Source of the DNA: Pelagomonas calceolata
Lineage: Eukaryota
Direction: 5' to 3'
DNA length: 64,000 bases
Assembly (NCBI GenBank): GCA_918797485.1
Contig: CAKKNE010000005.1
Span: 5,022,001 to 5,086,000, forward strand
Position numbers and translations under genes: made by a program. The notes below the pieces were generated by a model, which saw nothing but the letters and a program-made list of their open reading frames with translations, was not told the origin of the DNA and did no database searches. The number at the start of each line of letters is the position of its first letter. The stretch's first letter is position 1. This document shows, piece by piece, positions 8,249 through 19,700 of this stretch.

Positions 8249-11200
8249 TTAGTCCGCCGGCGCCCCGACGCCCCCCTCGTCCCAGCGCACCGCGGGCGGC
8301 CAGTAGTCCGCCCGGTCCTTCCATTTCCTTAACTCCGCCCGCGTCCGGAGTACCGTCCATCCATCAGGATCGCACGTGCCGTCGCGGTCGTCGCCCGCCG
8401 CGTAGACCCGCGTCCTTAACACTCGTCTTTTATCCGAGAGAAGATGGTCGTCGACCAGCTTCAGCAGGTCCTGCTTGGAAACTTCCAACAAAGAAGCCGC
8501 CCGCGTCTCGACGTGCGAGAAGCGCCTTCGACCGGTAGAGACCTCGTGCCAGTCCCTGCTGACGACATCCCGCAACGCGCCGGGCCGCTGCAGCAGCTCC
8601 GTCGCGAGGCCCTGCGCTTGTGAAGCCACCTCCTCGTCAGACATATTTGAGATCTCCTCCCTCAATGCTACAGTCCAAGATTCAATACGCTCCTCCAAAC
8701 CCTTCGGGTCGAGCCCTGTGGCGGATTGCACGCCGCACCGCAGACTGACGGCACCCTCGATGACGTCGAGACCCGCGTCGACGAGATAGCCCAGTTGTTC
8801 CTTCGTCCGCAATCTATCAAACGCTGATGATTGTGCTATACGACCTAACAGAGTAGCGGCGCCGTCCCTCGCGTTGGCCGACGACCAGCCATTTTCTGCA
8901 GCGTTTTCATCGTCGCCCGCGCGGCCGACTTGGAAGACCATCTCCACGGCGCAGTTCGGATCGCCCTCGGACGAGGGCGGCGCATCCCCATCCCCGGCAA
9001 ACAGCGTCTGCTTCCGCTCGGAATCTTCTGACAATGCCCGTAGCTCGAGTACGGTGTCGCCCACCGGCAGTTTCAGAGCCGTTTCCGGCTGAGGACGGGA
9101 CGCGTCCTCTGATGGGGGCGCGATATTACGTGCTTTCTCCGCGAAGCTCAACGCCCACTCCGTATCAACGTTGCCGGCCACGTAAATCTCGAGGTGAGCA
9201 CTGGACAATCTTCGCGACAGGTCGGACGCGGCCGCGGCGACGTCCTCCTCACTCAACTTACCTGATGCTTCACCAACAGAGTCGACATCCACGACATCCG
9301 AGTCCGAATCGACAGCTCTTCTAGCCCAGCCGCCCGCGAGGCGTATGGGGTCATCCCGAATCGAGTCGGCGCACCTTCTCGCAAGGTCCTCGGCGTCCGC
9401 TAGAAAAGCCCGCGTCCCCGCCGCTTCATCCTCAAACCCGCATTTTTTGCCGGATAAGGCTTGGGTCAAGCGCTCCGCGACCAACTGAAACGCTTCGGAA
9501 GCTCGCGCGTCGAAGCCCGAGACGCGCACTTCCAGACCTCTACGAGCAGCTTCCACGGTGAACGAGAGTCCTGCCAGATGCGCGTCGTAGGCGTCGTGGT
9601 TCAGCGACTGCATCAACGCGCCGCAAAAAGCTCTATCCCTTGCTAATTCGACCGCGGTCGACGGCTCCTTGAACCTAAATAATGCTATAGACGCCGTCTT
9701 CGGGACACGGGGCACACTCTCCGGCGCTCTTGCATAGTCCGAACGCTTCCACAGCGTCGTCGCTTCTGGAGTATTTGATAATCGAACAATACCCTTGCCA
9801 GCAGGCAACAGAGGAGACGCCTTCGCCGCAAATTTATTAGGTAGAGGTAGTTTCAAAGAGCTATCGGTAGCCTCCATTTTCTCAGACCACCGTTTCACCT
9901 CGTTATCTTCCAATGAAGCTTCGTCGTAGGAGGCCCCGTGCCACCGTTCCCTGGAAACTAACTCACTATCATCGTGCGACGATCGCACGTCAAAGACGAC
10001 GCAGTTCTCGGGTACTAACGCATCTAAGACAACCCGCGTCGCGTCATCAGAGTACGGTCCAACTAACGCCGGACCCGCCACGGGCTGCGAGGGGTGCTCC
10101 CATAAAGCGTCCGCCACGTCCGACGCCATGGTCGCCGCACTTGACCGTTCCGAAAAGTCGAACTTGACGTCTCCCAAATCTCGGAGTTCTTGATTGGCCG
10201 TTTCTAGTTCCTGCGAAGAGGCTCGTCGCACCACACCGACCCAGCTCCATAATAAGTCAAGGACCTCCTCGCAGTGCTCATCACCAGCATCCGTCAAATC
10301 GACGGCTAGCTCAAACAACTGCCCGCCGTCGTTGGCCACCGCCGCGCCACACGTCAGCGAGTCGACCCATCCTTTATCTCGTAGTAAGGAATGTAAGGTA
10401 TCCCGCCCCTCGTGTCCTAACAAATGCGACACTAATACCTCAGGATTGGGCTTGATGTCGCCGTCACTCTCTCGTAATGCTTTGCGAGGCGGCAAGGGGA
10501 ACAACAATTGCAGCGACCGCAAATCGCGGACGGGCGAGACCCGCACTCTTGTCTGAGTCTCGTCGGACGTCCAGGCCGGTCCCAACTCCCGCGAAGGCAA
10601 GTCGCCGGACGGGATAGCACCGAACCTACCATCAGCTGTTACGAGCTGCTCCAATTCCTCCAGCGACTCGCGACCGACCACAGCGAGCCGCATGTTCGCG
10701 CTGTTGTAATACGCGCGGTTCCACTTTTTTAACTCAGAGTGTAAGCCGTCGACGCCCCCGGCCTTCTCCAGTAGAGTCTGCTCACTACCAGTCGAAAAAC
10801 GCGAGAAGGGATGATCTTGCTTGGCGGTAGCCTTGAGCACGCTATGCAACCTCCAACTATCGTCCTGCAAGGCCATCCGATATTCACTGTCCACGGCCTT
10901 CACTTCTCTCTCCACAGCGTCTTTTTCGAGGGTAGGCGCGACAAAAAACTGCGCCAACCGGTCGAGCGCACCCTCCAGCGACGCGGCATTCACGTTGAAA
11001 TAGTAGCACGTCGTGTCGTCCGACGTCCAGGCGTTGCAACCACCACCGTTACTCGATAAGTACTTTTCGTACTCGTCCTCCTGGGGATACTTCTGCGTTC
11101 CCAGAAATAACATGTGCTCGTGGAAATGCGCTAAGCCTAGTAAAGTGTCATCAAACGATCCTGCTTTGACGGAGAGGGCGGCGCCGGCCTCGTCGGCGTC

Positions 11201-11470
11201 TCTATCGCTTACCAGAGCTACTTCTAGGCCGTTCGCGAGTTTTAAGAGGCGGTACTGTCTCGAATCGACTGCTGGTCGCTTGAAGGCTGAATCATCAACT
11301 AAAATTTCGGTCGTTGACGACGGTGCTGTCGTTAGCGTCGTCGCCGTTAATGGTCTCAGAGGCCGCCTCACGATGTTGTGCTTGAAGCCCAGAGAAGGTG
11401 TGTGGCGCGGCCGCGTCGACTCCGTGATGAGTGCTGTTGTTATTAGGGCGTAGCAGGCTTGCCAGGCCAT
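8249..11470 (-). CDS. Insulinase-family (M16A, IDE/pitrilysin-like) zinc metallopeptidase with N-terminal signal/transit-like extension
   Basis: GLAHFHEHMLFLGTQKYP (HxxEH) and FDRLRTKEQLGYLV. Confidence 0.92.
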   Translation of the reverse strand: MAWQACYALITTALITESTRPRHTPSLGFKHNIVRRPLRPLTATTLTTAPSSTTEILVDDSAFKRPAVDSRQYRLLKLANGLEVALVSDRDADEAGAALSVKAGSFDDTLLGLAHFHEHMLFLGTQKYPQEDEYEKYLSSNGGGCNAWTSDDTTCYYFNVNAASLEGALDRLAQFFVAPTLEKDAVEREVKAVDSEYRMALQDDSWRLHSVLKATAKQDHPFSRFSTGSEQTLLEKAGGVDGLHSELKKWNRAYYNSANMRLAVVGRESLEELEQLVTADGRFGAIPSGDLPSRELGPAWTSDETQTRVRVSPVRDLRSLQLLFPLPPRKALRESDGDIKPNPEVLVSHLLGHEGRDTLHSLLRDKGWVDSLTCGAAVANDGGQLFELAVDLTDAGDEHCEEVLDLLWSWVGVVRRASSQELETANQELRDLGDVKFDFSERSSAATMASDVADALWEHPSQPVAGPALVGPYSDDATRVVLDALVPENCVVFDVRSSHDDSELVSRERWHGASYDEASLEDNEVKRWSEKMEATDSSLKLPLPNKFAAKASPLLPAGKGIVRLSNTPEATTLWKRSDYARAPESVPRVPKTASIALFRFKEPSTAVELARDRAFCGALMQSLNHDAYDAHLAGLSFTVEAARRGLEVRVSGFDARASEAFQLVAERLTQALSGKKCGFEDEAAGTRAFLADAEDLARRCADSIRDDPIRLAGGWARRAVDSDSDVVDVDSVGEASGKLSEEDVAAAASDLSRRLSSAHLEIYVAGNVDTEWALSFAEKARNIAPPSEDASRPQPETALKLPVGDTVLELRALSEDSERKQTLFAGDGDAPPSSEGDPNCAVEMVFQVGRAGDDENAAENGWSSANARDGAATLLGRIAQSSAFDRLRTKEQLGYLVDAGLDVIEGAVSLRCGVQSATGLDPKGLEERIESWTVALREEISNMSDEEVASQAQGLATELLQRPGALRDVVSRDWHEVSTGRRRFSHVETRAASLLEVSKQDLLKLVDDHLLSDKRRVLRTRVYAAGDDRDGTCDPDGWTVLRTRAELRKWKDRADYWPPAVRWDEGGVGAPAD

Positions 11471-11706
11471 GGTGATCTAGGCTGTTGGCGTGTGTCGCGG
11501 GCCTACGGGTGCGGCGACGGCGTCCCCGAGCACAAGTTGCACAGCGGCACTCAGGTGGTTAGGCAGCACGTGGGTGCAACGGTGGCGTGTCGCAGCGCAG
11601 GGATGTGTTCACAAGGAGGCTGCACCAATGTTGCACGGCCTGCGGTTGCACAGGTGCGGTCTGTGCGGCGTGGGGAGCGCTGCAAGTACTCCACGCATGA
11701 GCCCAT

Positions 11707-11732
11707 TTGCTAGTGTCTTACATGCCGCTAGC
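11707..11732 (+). promoter_or_regulatory. Copy of the recurrent intergenic motif
   Basis: ttgctagtgtcttacatgccgctagc, about 240 bp upstream of ATG 11470 (minus-strand gene). Confidence 0.6.
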
Positions 11733-11910
11733 GCGACGCCTGCAGTGAAAGAGCGGCTCGCGCCCGCCGCCGATGAATCGGCGACGCGCGGTGTCTCCCC
11801 CCAGGGGCTCCGCCCACTAGTCCTAGCACCGTAACATCGACTACGCCTGCAGTACGCCTTCGCCGCAGCGACGTTCGAGCTGAAGAAAATATGTATAAAA
11901 TTACGCAGAA

Positions 11911-13695
11911 TCACGGAAGATTCGCCAAGGCCTTCGCCCGCCGTTTTTGCGAGGCGGCGATGGCCTCCGCCAATCCCCCTATCCCTCCGTCGCCGGAGCT
12001 CATCGCCTTCGGGGGCGGCGGCCCCAACGGTGCGGAGACCTCGACCTTCTTGAGCTTGGTCCCGGCCTTCAACTGGGCCATCAAATCGCCGCCCGCGTGT
12101 AATTTGAGGTGCACGGTCTTCTTGCGCGGCTTGGGCAGCACGAGCTTTGCGGGGGCAGGCGCGGCATCCGGGAACAATAACGAAGGATCGACACCATCCG
12201 CGCGCATCTTCTGCTCGACCGCACCTTGAGGTAATTTCATCGCGATCATTTTCTCGTACTTCGCGAGGGCTGGGTCACCGGACGCCGCCGCCGCCGGTTT
12301 TGGTGGTGGAGGCGGCGGCTTGGGCCGCGCGGGCGGCGGCGCGGGCGCTGGTGCGGGTTCAGGCGCCGGTGCGGCCGACGCGGCGTTGAGCCGGTCGCCC
12401 CACGTCTTGCCCCGCATCTTGGGCTCCTTCGTCGGCGACGGAGTGGAAGGAGACGCCTGGGGGAACAGCTTCCGCGCCGGCGACTGCACCGCATCATAGA
12501 AAACCTCCTCGTCTTCCTGTTTAGGTTTCTGGGCCGTGAGGGGCCCGGGCGGCGTATGAACCGGCGTCCTCGGGGGCAGCGGCGGAGGCGCTGAGTCAGA
12601 TGACACGCGCTTCGAGACCCTTTTTGGCAATGGCGGCGCGTCCTTGCGGTCGACCGTCGACAGGCGATGCTGCGCCCGCGCCGCCGCCGTCGCCACGGCC
12701 CACTCGATCGTCGCCTTCCACCTGTCGAGCTCGTCGCGGTTCGGCGCTCTTAGTTCTAACGCGCCTTCTCTAGGTTTGCCCGTCTCCGCATCAACCAGTA
12801 AAGATATCACGAAGTAGCAGGGGTCCTCTATGTCTTTCGCGCGGCCCTTGAAGTGCTTTCCACTCGCGTCGTCCGAGACCCTTGTAGCAGCTCCTACTTT
12901 GAGCGACCCCTTCTTATGACGCCTTTCTCTATCAGAGTAGTACGTGATCGTGCCCATGACCGGATCTAGGTCCACGAAGCGGTCCTGCCACTTGCGCCGG
13001 CCAAACAGTGAGGTCCCTCCGCCCTTCTTCAGCAACAGCCCGCGACACCGCAGAATCTCGCCGGAGTGCGTCTTGGCGTCGTCAATCACATCGTCGCAGG
13101 GCGCTATTCGACGCACGACTCGCGTAGCACCCGAATCGAGATTGACCTGGATCATCCGCGTCGAGGGTGGAGTAGGGACCCGCTCACTGACAGCGTTATC
13201 CCCGAACCGCACCTCGAACTCCCGGAACCCGATCGGGTTCGACGGGCACGCCAGTCTCACACTATTGACGCCTCGCGCGAAGGCGTCCTCGAGCAACCAA
13301 GACTGCTCCCGCGAGTGCGTCTCGAAGCCGCCCCTGCCATCGTAGTGGCCGTAGGACGATAATTGAGGAGCATCCTTCACAACAGGAGGCCCCTTCGCCG
13401 GCGTCGGCGGCTGTGGGCTTACAGGCACCTCCCACGGTAATGGCGCCGGCTCTTTTTTTGACGGACTTAATTGTTTCGCCGCCTCCAACACTTCATCGAC
13501 GGACCAGCCCGTGGCACCGGACGCCTCGTGGCAGTAGTAGGCATAACCGGACGCCTCGTCGAAGCCCGCGACGACGCCAGAGGGGAGCGGCACGTCCGCG
13601 GCCTCCTCCTTCGTCCATCCTGACGCGCCCGTCGCCGTGTTGACATAATAAAAGTTGCCGCAGCCGTCGTCGACCTCCTTGACGTCGTCGAACAT
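11911..13695 (-). CDS. WW-like x2 + WWE-like + PH + Pro-rich + WH2-like protein (probable actin regulator)
   Basis: YYVNTATGASGW and YYCHEASGATGW; PH GLLLKKGG...KWQDRFV...LDRWKATI; KYEKMIAMKLPQGAVEQKMRADG; WH2-like LMAQLKAGTKLKKV. Confidence 0.75.
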   Translation of the reverse strand: MFDDVKEVDDGCGNFYYVNTATGASGWTKEEAADVPLPSGVVAGFDEASGYAYYCHEASGATGWSVDEVLEAAKQLSPSKKEPAPLPWEVPVSPQPPTPAKGPPVVKDAPQLSSYGHYDGRGGFETHSREQSWLLEDAFARGVNSVRLACPSNPIGFREFEVRFGDNAVSERVPTPPSTRMIQVNLDSGATRVVRRIAPCDDVIDDAKTHSGEILRCRGLLLKKGGGTSLFGRRKWQDRFVDLDPVMGTITYYSDRERRHKKGSLKVGAATRVSDDASGKHFKGRAKDIEDPCYFVISLLVDAETGKPREGALELRAPNRDELDRWKATIEWAVATAAARAQHRLSTVDRKDAPPLPKRVSKRVSSDSAPPPLPPRTPVHTPPGPLTAQKPKQEDEEVFYDAVQSPARKLFPQASPSTPSPTKEPKMRGKTWGDRLNAASAAPAPEPAPAPAPPPARPKPPPPPPKPAAAASGDPALAKYEKMIAMKLPQGAVEQKMRADGVDPSLLFPDAAPAPAKLVLPKPRKKTVHLKLHAGGDLMAQLKAGTKLKKVEVSAPLGPPPPKAMSSGDGGIGGLAEAIAASQKRRAKALANLP

Positions 13696-13898
13696 GGTTC
13701 TACCGCACTGCTTGTTGGGTCTAGGTCTACCTGGTGTCGCACGGGAGAGGGCAGCTAGCGCGCGCGGCACTGACCCGCCTGGGTCTGGGTCTGTACAGGA
13801 GGAGCGGCCTCGCGGTTTATGCGCCTCGAGGTTGCTACGGTGAGCTCTTGGGCTGCCCTTGCACTCGTTATCCGCCTCCGCACCCCGCGGTAGTGCGG

Positions 13899-14774
13899 AT
13901 GACTTTTAACAGAGAGCAGAGACTCCCAGGCATGGGATTTTTGACTCCGGCTGTGCGCCGCCGGGACCACGTAGTAGTCCCCCGGGCGGCCGCGCATCGC
14001 GTCTCGGCTTTCCGATCATACCAGCACCTTGAATTATTATTGGGCGGGTATACGGCGCCAAAAATTGGTTGGACCACAGCTTCGTACGTGCGCTGGGCCG
14101 GCACACTCCAGCTTGAATGGACCGTACGCGCTTGTTTGAAGGAAAGAGACGGTAGCCTCATGTGGCGACGCCGGGCTGCCTCGGCGGAGAGCTGCGGGCC
14201 AGCTAGGTTGGACCTGTGTGGGGGGCAGCCCTCAGACAGTCGTAGGCCGTGGATGGACTTGCTGTGCGGCAGCCGCCAGCCCGTCGAAGAAGACGAGGTC
14301 TTCAGCGTAGAGCCTCCACAGTCGCCGGAGGCGAAATTCATCGCGGATGCGTGGGAACCGCGTGAGCGTGAGGACGACGCTTGCGCGCTGCCAGAGCACA
14401 TTGACGACGACGCAGATAGCTTCGCAGACCTCCCGCAAATGGTCGAGGCGGCGACGCGCCGCGAGATATCGCGACGACGAGACTCGCTGTCGCCCAACGC
14501 CGTCACCGACCGCCTCAGCGCCCTGCGGGTGTCCCGAACGACGGTCGCGACGCCGCCGCGGCGACGCCGATCTCGCGGCCAGCACGGCGGGGCGGACGTG
14601 CCGAGTCCTCTGACGAAGCCGGCCGTGACGCCGCGGCGTCGACGCGCGGCCTGGCGCGGCCAGCACGGCGAGGCGGACGTCGCGAGCCCCCTGACGGACG
14701 GCTCGCCGCCGCTCGAGGCGCTGCCCCAGCGGAAGGTGCGCCCCGAGCCGTACTACTCGCAGCCCGTGCAGTAG
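13899..14774 (+). CDS. Hypothetical protein with two internal RGQHG.ADV.SPLT repeats
   Basis: ORF 13734..14774; start uncertain. Confidence 0.4.
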   Translation: MTFNREQRLPGMGFLTPAVRRRDHVVVPRAAAHRVSAFRSYQHLELLLGGYTAPKIGWTTASYVRWAGTLQLEWTVRACLKERDGSLMWRRRAASAESCGPARLDLCGGQPSDSRRPWMDLLCGSRQPVEEDEVFSVEPPQSPEAKFIADAWEPREREDDACALPEHIDDDADSFADLPQMVEAATRREISRRRDSLSPNAVTDRLSALRVSRTTVATPPRRRRSRGQHGGADVPSPLTKPAVTPRRRRAAWRGQHGEADVASPLTDGSPPLEALPQRKVRPEPYYSQPVQ

Positions 14775-14859
14775 TAGCACGGGCCTCACGCTATCGAGCG
14801 CCGCGCCGAGGGGGAGCATTGTAAATGTCGAGTGAATGACAGTTAGGAAGGGAGGGACT

Positions 14860-16335
14860 CTACTTCCCGAGCCCGAGCGCGAAGGCCACGCGGCGCCGCT
14901 GCAGCCGCGCCGTGACGCCGATGTCCTCGAAGGTCTCGTCGAGCTCCGCGGGGCTGAGGGACGCGAGGAACGCGCCGTCGCAGGCCAGCTCCTCGATGGC
15001 CGCCGCGAACTGCGAAAAGCCGGGACCGATCGCGGCGACGCGCGCGGCGACGCCGGCCGCGTCGAGCGTCGCGAGGGCGGGCTCGAGGCTCGACCCGCGG
15101 TTGCCGAGGTGGACCTCGGTCTTCGCCGGGGCCGCGGGCGGTGCGGGCGCCGCGGCGGGCGGCGGCGGTGCGGGCGCCGCGGCGGGCGTCGGCGGCGGCG
15201 CCGCGACCGCGACGGGCGGCGGCGCGGCGGCCGCCGCGGGCGCGTCCGTGGCCTCGGCGACCATGACGTCGCGCGCGCGCTTGATCTGGTCGGCGACCTG
15301 GCCCTGCACCTGGGGCGGCAGCGGGCTGTCGAGCTGCACCGAGCCGGCGTACTGCATCAGCGCCGAGAGCGCGCCCTGGACGACCTGCTGGTCCTCGCCC
15401 TCGAGGGCCGCGCCCGACGCCGGCGCGGCGGCGACGGGCCGGCCGGTCGGGTCGCGCTCGACCGGCGCGGCGGGCGGCGGTGCCGCGGGCGCCGCGGGCG
15501 CGGGCGGCGGCGGCGCCGCGGCGACGGGCGCCGGGGGCGGCGGCGCGGGCGCGGCCGGCGCCGGCGCCGGCGGCGCCGCGGGCGGCGCGCGGCCCGCGGC
15601 GGCGGCCGCCGCCGCCCTTGCGGCCGCGTAGCCCGACGGCGCCGCGGGCTTCGGCGTAGAAGCCGGCCGCTGCTTCGGCACCTCGAGCGTGTCCCTTCCT
15701 TCCGCAATTGCTTTTTCATAATAGACCTCCCAGGCCGGCTTCACCTCGTAGCGCTCGCCCACCTTGAGCTGGTTCACGAGGAAGGTGTCGGACATGTCGA
15801 TCTCGATATCTTCATCCGGGCGCTGGCCGAACTGGCGCTTGATCGTGTCGTAGCCGGCCGTCTTGCCGTCGTTCTTCGTCCAGTGCCTTTCACTGGAATC
15901 TCTGGTGAGGTCCGCGAAGTAGCCCTCGCCCGTATTGTAGTGGGGCGTGTGGCCCTCCGGTGCTCTCGAGAACCGTTCTTTCATGGACGACCGGTCCATG
16001 CCGGACTCGCCGCCTCCCACGGCGTAGTTCGCTCGACCCTCGTCGTCCGTCGGCACGTAGCTCATCTCGTCGGGCGCTTGGGCTTCCGTGGCCGGCTTCA
16101 CGAAGGCCATCATGTCGTCGGGCCGCATGGGGGTGGACTCGCCGCTGTTGCGCGTGGCCTCGATGCGGGCCGCGGCGCGCTCGGACGCCTGCATCAGCGC
16201 TTCACGCCGTGCGGCTCTCGCCGCATCGTCGGCGTGCCTTATGGTAGCCGGGACGCGCTGGGTCGTCGGCGGGACGAGCGCGGCGGCCGGCGCCGTCAGC
16301 GCCAGGGCCAGCACTAAGGACTTGCTGGAGGGCAT
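14860..16335 (-). CDS. Signal-peptide protein with Ala/Pro-rich linkers and a C-terminal SAM-like domain
   Basis: MPSSKSLVLALALTAPAAAL; C-terminal DGAFLASLSPAELDETFEDIGVTARLQRRRV. Confidence 0.7.
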   Translation of the reverse strand: MPSSKSLVLALALTAPAAALVPPTTQRVPATIRHADDAARAARREALMQASERAAARIEATRNSGESTPMRPDDMMAFVKPATEAQAPDEMSYVPTDDEGRANYAVGGGESGMDRSSMKERFSRAPEGHTPHYNTGEGYFADLTRDSSERHWTKNDGKTAGYDTIKRQFGQRPDEDIEIDMSDTFLVNQLKVGERYEVKPAWEVYYEKAIAEGRDTLEVPKQRPASTPKPAAPSGYAAARAAAAAAAGRAPPAAPPAPAPAAPAPPPPAPVAAAPPPPAPAAPAAPPPAAPVERDPTGRPVAAAPASGAALEGEDQQVVQGALSALMQYAGSVQLDSPLPPQVQGQVADQIKRARDVMVAEATDAPAAAAAPPPVAVAAPPPTPAAAPAPPPPAAAPAPPAAPAKTEVHLGNRGSSLEPALATLDAAGVAARVAAIGPGFSQFAAAIEELACDGAFLASLSPAELDETFEDIGVTARLQRRRVAFALGLGK

Positions 16336-16560
16336 CGCTGGTACCTGTCAGCCGTGGCACGCGGCACTGCGGCAAGGATGCTAATCGTGCTCACGCTCTT
16401 GTCGCTCACGCGTGGCGTGAGGGCGGCTCTGAGCTGCAATTGAGGCGGCCGGCGTAGTGCGTCTGTGTCTCGCCCACCTGTTGGATCCGTCTGTGAGGAG
16501 CCCTGGCGCCCAGGCTACGCTGTTAAGACCGCTCGATGCGTAAAAGCGAAAGGACGTGGC

Positions 16561-16586
16561 GCTAGCGGCTGTAAGACACTAGCAAG
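16561..16586 (-). promoter_or_regulatory. Copy of the recurrent intergenic motif in a divergent promoter
   Basis: Reverse complement is cttgctagtgtcttacagccgctagc. Confidence 0.6.
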
Positions 16587-16776
16587 CAGGCCTCGAGGAG
16601 GAGCAACCAAAAAGGCGGCAAAAGACGGTGCATCGATCAACCGGCATTGACAGAAGCAACTCACATACATATACAGCCAGCCTCCTGAACGGAAGCGAGC
16701 TGTGTGCACGCGTAAGCTCGATTTGCAAGGCTACAGGCCTGCACAGCACAGACCAAGTAAGCACGTCGCACAAATC

Positions 16777-19700
16777 ATGGAGGGCTTCGAGCGCCCGCCA
16801 ACGCGACGCGGCGCGTCACGAGGCGGACGCATTCCATTTTTTGAGCGGCACCGACGAGAAAATGCAAGGTCGGCCGGTGCGAACCTGTCGGCCGAAGACC
16901 TGCAGCGGCGCCTGCTCGCGATTGGCAACGCCGCGAAGGCGCGCAACCCGGACGGCTTCGTGGACGAGCTGAAGCGCCGCGTCGGCCCGAGCGACGGCGA
17001 CGACGACGACCTCAAGACGGTAGCCGCGCCCGCGGCGCCGCCGGAGCCGGCCGCGAGCTGGTTTTGTTTAGAACCGGGCACCCGCCTCGAGCGGGCGCTC
17101 GCGCGCGGCGACACAAAAGCAGCACGCCTCGCGCGGGCGGAGGCCACAGCGACGCTAAAACGCATCGCGGCCGACGGCGCGCTGACCGACGCCTGGTGCC
17201 GATCGCTCGTGCGCGAGGGCGCGGACGTCGGCGCGGTCTTCGCAGATGTGGAGGCCGCCGCCAAGATGTTGGATAGTCCCTGGACAAAAGACAAGTTCCA
17301 TTGCGTTGGCTTCCTCGCGCTAGCCGCGCCGCACGCCGCGGCAGCGTCGATCGTGGAAGCGGTGAGGCGCCGCGGAAGCGCCTCGTCGTCGGTCTCTAAT
17401 ATCGCAAAAGAAGTCGACGCGACGCTCAAACGGCGGGGCCTCCCGGAGCCGCGAGGCTGGCGGATGCTGATGCCTCAGCAGGACGTTTCGAACGACACTG
17501 AAGAGTGGACAGCGCTTCACAAAGCTGTGTGTGACTGCGACGTGGCGAGAGTACGAGAAATTATTGAAGCAGGCAATGTCTACGTCGACCAGTGGTCGAG
17601 CACCGGTCGACAGACACCACTTTACTGCTGTGTCCATTTTGGAGGCGGAAATCCGGAGATTGCGAAGCTGTTGCTGGAGGCCGGGGCTCGCCGAAAATTA
17701 GACGAACTTATTGACGAAACCACCGATGAGCTCCAGGCTTTGTTGCGCCGGTATCGGGTCGGTGATCTTAGCCACGACGCTCAGCCCGACGACCCGGCCT
17801 CCCCCTCCGAACGAACGACTAACGAAATCAAGGCATGGCATGACCTGCTCGAGAAGGGTGCCATCACGGAAGCCCACTTCCAGACGGCGAAAACCAAGAT
17901 CTTCTCCGCGTTCGAAAACTACGCGAGTGGAGAAGCCCTCCGCGCCACCCAAAAGACCCTCCGCGCCGGCGCCCGTGCGAGCGAGCTCCTCAAAACCCTA
18001 GAAAAGGCAGCACCGGAAGCCGCGGCGAAAGCCGAGACCTGGACGAGAGCAGAAGCCGTGGCGCGCGGCGACGCCGCCGAGCGCGCGCGCGTCGAGGCGG
18101 AGGCCCGCGCGGCGAAGCAGCGCGACGCCCTGAGCGCGCGCATCGCCGACCTGGAAACGGCGCTGGCCCGCGCGACGCAGCAGGCGGCCGCCGCGCGCCA
18201 GGCGCGCGCGCCCGAAATTGAAAAAGCGCCGGCCGACGCCGCGGCCCAGGACGTGGACGACGACACGCCGCGCGGCGTCGTCGAGGCGATCCGCCGGGCG
18301 CGCCTCGTCGACGTCGATTTATCCTCGTGCCCCGCGGCGGTCCGGGCCGGCGCGCGCGGCCTGCAGGCCTCGCTCGCCGCCGCGGCCGAGCGACTGGCCG
18401 GCGACCTCTACGAGCACCGCGCGCACTTCGTCCACGAGCTCGTCCAGAACGCCGACGACGCTAAGTACGCAAGTGACGCGGAGCTCGAGCTCGGCCTCAG
18501 GGGGCGCTGGTTCTATGCCGCGTCGAACCAAGCGCCCGGCTTTACTCGCGATGACGTCGTCGCCTTATGTGACATTAACAAGTCGACGAAGCGGTTGGAC
18601 GAGGCGACGACTGGGTCCAAAGGCATCGGCTTCAAGGCGGTCTTCGCCGTGGCCGACGCCGTCCACGTCCTGTCGAACGACTATCAGTTCGGCTTCGACA
18701 CGGCGCGCGACGGCGCCATCGGTCTTGTAAGTCCGCGCTGGTTGGACGACGTCAATCAATTGCCGCGCGCCGCGTTGGAGCGTTTTGAAGCGGGCGCCAC
18801 GGTCGTCGTGCTGGAGCTCAACGGCGACGAGGACGTCCGAGACGCCAAGGCCGCCTTAGAACAGCTCGGCGGCGACGAGGGCCGGCGCACGCTTTTATTC
18901 GCGCGCCGCCTGAGGAAGCTCTCGGTGCGCGTCGACGACGACGTGCGCGTGCTGGCGAACGTCGACGCGGCCTACCGCGTCTTCCGCCGCGGCGACGCCG
19001 TCGTCGCGTTCGGGGAGACGCCGGCGCGCGGCTGGGCCCACGCGACGCTGCCGATCTGCGCGCTGCCGCGGTCCTTCGGCTTCAGCGTGAACGCGCCCTT
19101 CGACGTCGTGGCGTCGCGCGGCGCCCTCCGGACCTCGGCGGCGAACGTCCAGCTGCGGCAGCAGATCTCCGGCGCGGTCCTCGACGCCTGCCAGGACGAT
19201 GAGCTGCGCGCGGAGATCTTCGACTTCCTCAAGCCCGACGACGACGACGACAACGGCGACGCGTTCTGGGGCGCCTGTCGCCGGGAAATTGTGGACGGCC
19301 TCGCGCGCGGCGGCGTCGCCTGCGTGCGGTGCGACGACGGCGAGCTGGCGCCGATCGACGCCGTGATGCGCTGGCCGCCGGAGGCGTCGGCGCTGGCGGC
19401 GGCACTCCGGAGTTTCGGAGATCGTAGAATTAGTGTTGGTGGACGGCGGTTGGCGCGACGCGCACCGGCTGTCGCCCCCGAGTTTAGTGTCGAAGATCTT
19501 GTCGAGTGGCTAAGTGTCTACGACCGGGTCGAGAACGATGATGCAATATTTGCTGCGCTCCTGACGGCGGAGCCGCACCTCTGGCCTTGCATTCGGCGCC
19601 TCGAGATTATTGATGTCGGTCCCGGCTGCCATGAAGCTCTCGACAACGGTCTGCTTGTCCTCGGCGGCGACGTCGCGGCGCCAGCTTTGAACATCTTCCG

